Part shown: positions 50,727 through 62,400 of the stretch, piece after piece
Numbering within the stretch: position 1 is the stretch's first letter
Layout of the letters: each line of letters starts with the position of its first letter
From: Bugula neritina
Taxonomy: Eukaryota; Animalia; Bryozoa
Direction of reading: 5' to 3'
Assembly: GCA_964035545.1 (NCBI GenBank)
Contig: CAXIUT010000183.1
Span: 1,612,001 to 1,676,000, forward strand
Length of the DNA: 64,000 nucleotides
Made by a program: the position numbers and the translations under genes
Notes under the pieces: model-generated
What the model saw: the letters and a program-made list of their open reading frames with translations, nothing else
Database searches by the model: none
Told to the model about the DNA's origin: nothing

Positions 50727-53700
50727 CATACTGAAATATACTGTAACATACTGCAACATACTGAAATACACTGTAACATACTGAGATACACTGCAACATA
50801 CTACAACATATTGAAATACACTGCAACACATTGAAATATATTGCAACTTACCGAATATATGGAAAACTACTGAAATATACTGTAACGCATTGAAAAAGAC
50901 TGCAACATACTGAAATATATTGCGACACATTTCAATATACTGTAATATACTGAAAAATGCTGTAGCACACTGAAATATACTGCAATTCGCTGAAATATAC
51001 TGCAACATACTGAAATACACCGCAACATCCTACAACATACTAAAATACACTGTAACATATTGAAATACACTGCAACACATTGAAATATACTGCAACGTAA
51101 CGAAATATATGGTAAACTACTGAAATATATTTTAACAAATTGAAAAATACTGCAACATAGTGAAATATATTTTAACACATTGAAAAATACTGCAACATAC
51201 TGAAATATACCGTAACACACTGAAATACATTGCAACTCGCTGAAATATACTGCAATATACTGAAATACACTGCAACATCCTACAAAATGCTGAAATACAC
51301 TGTAACATATTGAAATACAGTGCAACACATTGAAATATACTGCAACATACCGAAATATATGGTAAACTACTGAAATATACTGTAACACATTGAAAAATAC
51401 TGCAACATACTGAAATATACTGCGACACCTAGCAATATACTGTAACATACTGAAATATGCTCTAGCACACTGAAATACAATGCAACATACTGAAATATAC
51501 TGCAACATACTGAAATACACTGCAACATCCTACAACATGCTGAAATACACTGTAACATATTGAAATACACTGCAACACTTTGAAATATACTGCAACATAC
51601 CGAAATATATGGTAAAATACTGCAACATACTACAACATATTGAAATACACTGCAACACATTGAAATATACTGCAACATACCTAAATGTACGGTCATATAC
51701 TGAAATATACTGTAACACATTGAAAAATACTGCAACATACTGAAATACACTGTAACATACTGAAATATACTGCAACATACTGAAATACACTGCTACATAC
51801 TGAAATATACTGCAACATACTGGAACATACTGAAATACACTGTAATATACTGAAATAAACTGCAACATAGTACAACATATTGAAATACACTGCAACACAT
51901 TGAAATACACTGCAACTTACCGAATATATGGTAAACTACTGAAATATACTGTAACGCATTGAAAAATACTGCAACATACTGAAATATATTGCGACACATT
52001 GCAATATACTGTAACATACTGAAAAATGCTGTAGCAAACTGAAATATACTGCAATTCACTGAAATATACTGCAACATACTGAAATACACCGCAACATCCT
52101 ACAACATACTGAAATACACTGTAACATATTGAAATACACTGCAACACATTGAAATATACTGCAACATAACGAAACATATGGTAAACTACTGAAATAAATT
52201 TTAACACATTGAAAAATACTGCAACATACTGAAATATATTTTAACACATTGAAAAATACTGCAACATACTGAAGTATACTGTAACATACTGAAGTACACT
52301 GCAACATACTACCGCATATTGAAATACACTGCAACACATTGAAATGTACTGCAACATACCGAAATATATGGTAAACTACTAAAATATACTGTAACACATT
52401 GAAAAATACTGCAACGTACTGAAATATACTGCGACACCTAGCAGTATACTGTAACATACTGAAATATGCTCTAGCACACTGAAATACAATGCAACTTACT
52501 GATATATACTGCAACATACTGAAATACACTGCAACATCCTACAATATGCTAAAATACACTGTAACATATTGAAATACACTGCAACACTTTGAAATATACT
52601 GCAACATACCGAAATATATGGTAAACTACTGCAACATACTACAACATATTGAAATACACTGCAACACTTTGAAATATACTGCAACATACCGAAATATATG
52701 GTAAACTACTGCAACATACTACAACATATTGAAATACACTGCAACACATTGAAATATACTGCAACATACCTAAATATACGGTAATATACTGAAATTCACT
52801 GTAACGCATTGCAAAATACTGCAACATACTGAAATTCACTGCGACACACTGAAATACGCTGCAAAATACTACAACATACTGAAATAAACTGTAACATATT
52901 GAAATACACTGCAACACATTGAAAAATACTGCAACATACTGAAATATACTGTAACACACTGAAATATACTGCAACATACTGAAATACACTGTAACATACT
53001 GAAATATACTGCAACATACTGAAATACACTGCTACATACTGAAATATACTGCAACATACTGCAATACACTGTAACATACTGAAATATACTGCAACATACT
53101 GAAATACACTGCTACATACTGAAATATACTGCAACATACTGCAACATACTGCAACATGCTGAAATACGCTGTAACATACTGAAATACACTGTAACATACT
53201 ACAACATATTGAAATACACAGCAACACATTGAAATGTACTGCAACATACCGAAATATACGGTAATATACTGAAATATACAGTAACACATTGAAAAATACT
53301 GCAACATACTGAAATACACTGCAACACACTGAAACACACCGCAAAAAACTACAACATACTGAAATACACTGTAACATATTGAAGTACACTGCAACACATT
53401 TAAATATACTGCAACATACCAAAATATATGGTAAACAACTGAAATATACTTTAACACATTGAAAAATACTGCAACATACTGAAATATACTGCGACACATT
53501 GCAATATACTGTAACATAACGAAATATGCTCTAGCACACTGAAATACACTGCAACTCACTGAAATATACTGCAACATACTGAAATACACTGTGACATACT
53601 GAAATATACTGCAACATACTGAAATACACTGCTACATACCGAAATATACTGCAACATACTGCAACATACTGAAATACACTGCAGCATACTACAACATACT

Positions 53701-56500
53701 GGAATACACTGCAACACATTGAAATATACTGCAACATACCTAAATATACGGTAATATACCGAAATATACTGTAACGCATTGCAAAATACTGCAACAAACT
53801 GAAATACACTGCGACACACTGAAATACGCTGCAAAATACTACAACACACTGAAATAAACTGTAACATATTGAAATACACTGCAACACATTGAAAAATACT
53901 GCAACATACTGAAATATACTGTAACACACTGAAATATACTGCAACATACTGAAATACACTGTAACATACTGAAATATACTGCAACATACTGAAATACACT
54001 GCTACATACTGAAATATACTGCAACATACTGCAACATACTGCAATACACTGTAACATACTGAAATACACTGCAACATACTACAACATGTTGAAATACACT
54101 GCAAAACATTGAAATACACTGCAACTTACCGAATATATGGTAAACTACTGAAATATACTGTAACGCATTGAAAAGTACTGCAACATACTGAAATATATTG
54201 CGACACATTGCAATAAACTGTAACATACTGAAAAATGCTGTAGCACACTGAAATACACTGCCATTCACTGAAATATACTGCAACATACTGAAATACACCG
54301 CAACATCCTACAACATACTGAAATACACTGTAACATATTGAAATACACTGCAACACATTGAAATATACTGCAACATAACGAAATATATGGTAAACTACTG
54401 AAATATATTTTAACACATTGAAAAATACTGCAACATACTGAAATATATTTCAACACATTGAAAAATACTGCAACATACTGAAATATACCGTAACACACTG
54501 AAGTACACTGCAACTCACTGAAATATACTGCAATATACTGAAATACACTGCAACATCCTACATAATGCTGAAATACACTGTAACATATTGAAATACACTG
54601 CAACACATTGAAATATACTGCAACATACCGAAATATATGGTAAACTACTGAAATATACTGTGACACATTGAAAAAAACTGCAACATACTGAAATATACTG
54701 CGACACCTAGCAATATACTGTAACATACTGAAATATGCTCTAGCACACTGAAATACAATGCAACTCACTGAAATATACTGCAACATAATGAAATACACAG
54801 CAACATCCTACAACATGCTGAAATACACTGTAACATATTGAAATACACTGCAAAATACTACAACATACTGAAATACACTGCAACATACTGAAATACACTG
54901 CTACATACTGAAATATACTGCAACATACTGCAACATACTGCAATACACTGTAACATACTGAAATACACTGCAACATACTACAACATATTGAACTACACTG
55001 CAACACATTGAAACACACTGCAACTTACCGAATTTATGGTAAACTACTGAAATATACTGTAACGCATTGAAAAGTACTGCAACATACTGAAATATATTGC
55101 GACACATTGCAATAAACTGTAACATACTGAAAAATGCTGTAGCACACTGAAATACACTGCCATTCACTGAAATATACTGCAACATGCTGAAATACACCGC
55201 AACATCCTACAACATACTGAAATACACTGTAACATAACGAAACATATGGTAAACTACTGAAATATATTTTAACACATTGAAAAATACTGCAACATACTGA
55301 AATATATTTTAACACATTGAAAAATACTGCAACATACTGAAATATACTGTAACACACTGAAGTACACTGCAACTCACTGAAATATACTGCAATATACTGA
55401 AATACACTGCAACATCCTACAAAATGCTGAAATACACTGTAACATATTGAAATACACTGCAACACATTGAAATATACTGCAACATACCGAAATATATGGT
55501 AAACTACTGAAATATACTGTAACACATTGAAAAAAACTGCAACATACTGAAATATACTGTAACACACTGAAGTATACTGCAACATACTGAAATACACTGT
55601 AACATACTGAAATACTCTGCAACATACTACCACATATTGAAATACACTGCAACACATTGAAATGTACTGCAACATACCGAAATATATGGTAAACTACTAA
55701 AATATACTGTAACACATTGAAAAATACTGCAACATACTGAAATATACTGCGACACCTAGCAATATACTGTAACATACTGAAATATGCTCTAGCACACTGA
55801 AATACAATGCAACTTACTGAAATATACTGCAACATACTGAAATACACTGCAACATCCTACAATATGCTGAAATACACTGTAACATATTGAAATACACTGC
55901 AACACTTTGAAATATACTGCAACATACCGAAATATATGGTAAACTACTGCAACATACTACAACATATTGAAATACACTGCAACACATTGAAATATACTGC
56001 AACATACCTAAATATACGGTAATATACTGAAATATACTGTAACACATTGAAAAATACTGCAACATACTGAAATATACTGTAACACACCGAAATATACAGC
56101 AACATACTGAAATACACTGTAACATACTGAAATATACTGCAACATACTGAAACACACTGCTACATACTGAAATATACTGCAACATACTGCAACATACTGA
56201 AATACACTGTAACATACTGAAATAAACTGCAACATACTACAACATATTGAAATACACTGCAACACATTGAAATATACTGCAACATACCTAAATATACGGT
56301 AATATACTGAAATTCACTGTAACGCATTGCAAAATACTGCAACATACTGAAATTCACTGCGACACACTGAAATACGCTGCAAAATACTACAACATACTGA
56401 AATAAACTGTAACATATTGAAATACACTGCAACACATTGAAAAATACTGCAACATACTGAAATATACTGTAACACACTGAAATATACTGCAACATACTGA
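50727..56500 (+). repeat. Further partial copy of the 6835-bp HOR, offset 5456 bp (net 1379 bp shorter at ~50.66-50.73 kb)
   Basis: ORF pairs 45411->50867, 47340->52796 and 48809->54265. CTGCAG lies at 48223 and 53679. Confidence 0.9.
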
Positions 56501-59433
56501 AATACACTGTAACATACTGAAATATACTGCAACATACTGAAATACACTGCTACATACTGAAATATACTGCAACATACTGCAACATACTGCAATACACTGT
56601 AATATACTGAAATACACTGCAACATACTACAACATATTGAAATACACTGCAACACATTGAAACACACTGCAACTTACCGAATATATGGTAAACTACTGAA
56701 ATATACTGTAACGCACTGAAAAGTACTGCAACATACTGAAATATATTGCGACACATTGCAATAAACTGTAACATACTGAAAAATGCTGTAGCACACTGAA
56801 ATACACTGCCATTCACTGAAATATACTGCAACATACTGAAATACACCGCAACATCATACAACATACTGAAATACACTGTAACATATTGAAATACACTGCA
56901 ACACATTGAAATATACTGCAACATAACGAAATATATGGTAAACTACTGAAATATATTTTAACACATTGAAAAATACTGCAACATACTGAAATATATTTCA
57001 ACACATTGAAAAATACTGCAACATACTGAAATATACCGTAACACACTGAAGTACACTGCAACTCACTGAAATATACTGCAATATACTGAAATACACTGCA
57101 ACATCCTACATAATGCTGAAATACACTGTAACATATTGAAATACACTGCAACACATTGAAATATACTGCAACATACCGAAATATATGGTAAACTACTGAA
57201 ATATACTGTGACACATTGAAAAAAACTGCAACATACTGAAATATACTGCGACACCTAGCAATATACTGTAACATACTGAAATATGCTCTAGCACACTGAA
57301 ATACAATGCAACTCACTGAAATATACTGCAACATAATGAAATACACAGCAACATCCTACAACATGCTGAAATACACTGTAACATATTGAAATACACTGCA
57401 AAATACTACAACATACTGAAATACACTGCAACATACTGAAATACACTGCTACATACTGAAATATACTGCAACATACTGCAACATACTGCAATACACTGTA
57501 ACATACTGAAATACACTGCAACATACTACAACATATTGAACTACACTGCAACACATTGAAACACACTGCAACTTACCGAATTTATGGTAAACTACTGAAA
57601 TATACTGTAACGCATTGAAAAGTACTGCAACATACTGAAATATATTGCGACACATTGCAATAAACTGTAACATACTGAAAAATGCTGTAGCACACTGAAA
57701 TACACTGCCATTCACTGAAATATACTGCAACATGCTGAAATACACCGCAACATCCTACAACATACTGAAATACACTGTAACATAACGAAACATATGGTAA
57801 ACTACTGAAATATATTTTAACACATTGAAAAATACTGCAACATACTGAAATATATTTTAACACATTGAAAAATACTGCAACATACTGAAATATACTGTAA
57901 CACACTGAAGTACACTGCAACTCACTGAAATATACTGCAATATACTGAAATACACTGCAACATCCTACAAAATGCTGAAATACACTGTAACATATTGAAA
58001 TACACTGCAACACATTGAAATATACTGCAACATACCGAAATATATGGTAAACTACTGAAATATACTGTAACACATTGAAAAAAACTGCAACATACTGAAA
58101 TATACTGTAACACACTGAAGTATACTGCAACATACTGAAATACACTGTAACATACTGAAATACTCTGCAACATACTACCACATATTGAAATACACTGCAA
58201 CACATTGAAATGTACTGCAACATACCGAAATATATGGTAAACTACTAAAATATACTGTAACACATTGAAAAATACTGCAACATACTGAAATATACTGCGA
58301 CACCTAGCAATATACTGTAACATACTGAAATATGCTCTAGCACACTGAAATACAATGCAACTTACTGAAATATACTGCAACATACTGAAATACACTGCAA
58401 CATCCTACAATATGCTGAAATACACTGTAACATATTGAAATACACTGCAACACTTTGAAATATACTGCAACATACCGAAATATATGGTAAACTACTGCAA
58501 CATACTACAACATATTGAAATACACTGCAACACATTGAAATATACTGCAACATACCTAAATATACGGTAATATACTGAAATATACTGTAACACATTGAAA
58601 AATACTGCAACATACTGAAATATACTGTAACACACCGAAATATACAGCAACATACTGAAATACACTGTAACATACTGAAATATACTGCAACATACTGAAA
58701 CACACTGCTACATACTGAAATATACTGCAACATACTGCAACATACTGAAATACACTGTAACATACTGAAATAAACTGCAACATACTACAACATATTGAAA
58801 TACACTGCAACACATTGAAATATACTGCAACATACCTAAATATACGGTAATATACTGAAATTCACTGTAACGCATTGCAAAATACTGCAACATACTGAAA
58901 TTCACTGCGACACACTGAAATACGCTGCAAAATACTACAACATACTGAAATAAACTGTAACATATTGAAATACACTGCAACACATTGAAAAATACTGCAA
59001 CATACTGAAATATACTGTAACACACTGAAATATACTGCAACATACTGAAATACACTGTAACATACTGAAATATACTGCAACATACTGAAATACACTGCTA
59101 CATACTGAAATATACTGCAACATACTGCAACATACTGCAATACACTGTAATATACTGAAATACACTGCAACATACTACAACATATTGAAATACACTGCAA
59201 CACATTGAAACACACTGCAACTTACCGAATATATGGTAAACTACTGAAATATACTGTAACGCACTGAAAAGTACTGCAACATACTGAAATATATTGCGAC
59301 ACATTGCAATAAACTGTAACATACTGAAAAATGCTGTAGCACACTGAAATACACTGCCATTCACTGAAATATACTGCAACATACTGAAATACACCGCAAC
59401 ATCATACAACATACTGAAATACACTGTAACATA
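53850..59433 (+). repeat. 2548-bp tandem repeat, ~2.2 copies (899 + 1649 marker spacing)
   Basis: ORF pairs 54265->56813, 54740->57288, 55374->57922 and 56160->58708. Variants ACGCACTG and ATCATACAAC are shared at ~56711/56853 and ~59259/59401. Confidence 0.9.
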
Positions 59434-62400
59434 ACGAAACATATGGTAAACTACTGAAATATATTTTAACACATTGAAAAATACTGCAACATACTGAAAT
59501 ATATTTTAACACATTGAAAAATACTGCAACATACTGAAATATACTGTAACACACTGAAGTACACTGCAACTCACTGAAATATACTGCAATATACTGAAAT
59601 ACACTGCAACATCCTACAAAATGCTGAAATACACTGTAACATATTGAAATACACTGCAACACATTGAAATATACTGCAACATACCGAAATATATGGTAAA
59701 CTACTGAAATATACTGTAACACATTGAAAAAAACTGCAACATACTGAAATATACTGCGACACCTAGCAATATACTGTAACATACTGAAATATGCTCTAGC
59801 ACACTGAAATACAATGCAACTCACTGAAATATACTGCAACATACTGAAATACACTGCAACATCCTACAACATGCTGAAATACACTGTAACATATTGAAAT
59901 ACACTGCAACACTTTGAAATATACTGCAACATACCGAAATATATGGTAAACTACTGCAACACACTACAACATATTGAAATACACTGCAACACATTGAAAT
60001 ATACTGCAACATACCTAAATATACGGTAATATACTGAAATATACTGTAACACATCGAAATATACTGCAACATACTGAAATACACTGTAACATACTGAAAT
60101 ATACTGCAACATACTGAAATACACTGCTACATACTGAAATATACTGCAACATACTGCAACATACTGAAATACACTGTAACATACTGAAATAAACTGCAAC
60201 ATACTACAACATATTGAAATACACTGCAACACATTGAAATATACTGCAACATACCTAAATATACGGTAATATACTGAAATATACTGTATCACATTGAAAA
60301 AACTGCAACATACTGAAATACACTGCAACACACTGAAATACATCGCAAAATACTACAACATACTGAAATACACTGTAACATATTGAAATCCAGTGCAACA
60401 CATTTAAATATACTGCAACATACCGAAATATATGGTAAACTAATGAAATATACTGTAACACAATGAAAAATACCGCAACATACTGAAATATACTGCGACA
60501 CATTGCAATATACTGTAACATACTGAAATATGCTGTAGCACACTGAAATACACTGCAACACCCTACAACATACTGAAATACACTGTAACATATTGAAATA
60601 CACCGCAAGAAATTGAAATAGACTGCAACACAACAAAATATATGGTAAACTACTGAAATAGACTTTAACACTTTGAAAAATACTGCAACATACAGAAATA
60701 TACTGTAACACACTGAAATATACTGCAACATACTGAAATACACTGTAACATACTGAAATATACTGCAACATACTGAAATATACTGCAACATACTGCAACA
60801 TACTGCAACATACTGAAATACGCTGTAACATACTGAAATACACTGCAACATACTACAACATATTGAAATACACTGCAACACATTGAAATGTACTGCAACA
60901 TACCGAAATATACGGTAATATACTGAAATATACAGTAACACATTGAAAAATACTGCAACATACTGAAATACACTGTAACATATTGAAGTACACTGCAACA
61001 CATTTAAATATACTGCAACATACCAAAATATATGGTAAACAACTGAAATATACTTTAACACATTGAAAAATACTGCAACATACTGAAATATATTGCGACA
61101 CATTGCAATATACTGTAACATAACGAAATATGCTCTAGCACACTGAAATACACTGCAACTCACTGAAATATACTGCAACATACTGAAATACACTGTGACA
61201 TACTGAAATATACTGCAACATATTGAAATACACTGCTACATACCGAAATATACTGCAACATACTGCAAAATACTGAAATACACTGCAGCATACTACAACA
61301 TACTGAAATACACTGCAACACATTGAAATATACTGCAACATACCTAAATATACGGTAATATACCGAAATATACTGTAACGCATTGCAAAATACTGCAACA
61401 AACTGAAATACACTGCGACACACTGAAATACGCTGCAAAATACTACAACACACTGAAATAAACTGTAACATTTTGAAATACACTGCAACACATTGAAAAA
61501 TACTGCAACATACTGAAATATACTGTAACACACTGAAATATACTGCAACATACTGAAATACACTGTAACATACTGAAATATACTGCAACATACTGAAATA
61601 CACTGCTACATACTGAAATATACTGCAACATACTGCAACATACTGCAATACACTGTAACATACTGAAATACACTGCAACATACTACAACATACTGAAATA
61701 CACTGCAACACATTGAAATATACTGCAACATACCTAAATATACGGTAATATACAGAAATGTACTGTAACATACTGGAACATACTGTAACACACGGAAATA
61801 TACTACAAAACACTGAAATACACTGCAACATACTGAAATACGCTGTAACATACTGAAATACACTGCAACATCCTACAAAATGCTGAAATACACTGTAACA
61901 TATTGAAATACACTGCAACACATTGAACTATACTGCAACATACCGAAATATATGATAAACTACTGAAATATACTGTAACACATTGAAAAATACTGCAACA
62001 TACTGAAATATACTGCGACACCTAGCAATATACTGTAACATACTGAAATATGCTCTAGCATACTGAAATACAATGCAACATACTGAAATATACTGCAACA
62101 TACTGAAATACACTGCAACATCCTACAACATGCTGAAATACACTGTAACATATTGAAATACACTGCAACACTTTGAAATATACTGCAACATACCGAAATA
62201 TATGGTAAAATACTGCAACATACTACAACATATTGAAATACACTGCAACACATTGAAATATACTGCAACATACCTAAATGTACGGTAATATACTGAAATA
62301 TACTGTAACACATTGAAAAATACTGTAACATACTGAAATACACTGTAACATACTGAAATATACTGCAACATACTGAAATACACTGCTACATACTGAAATA

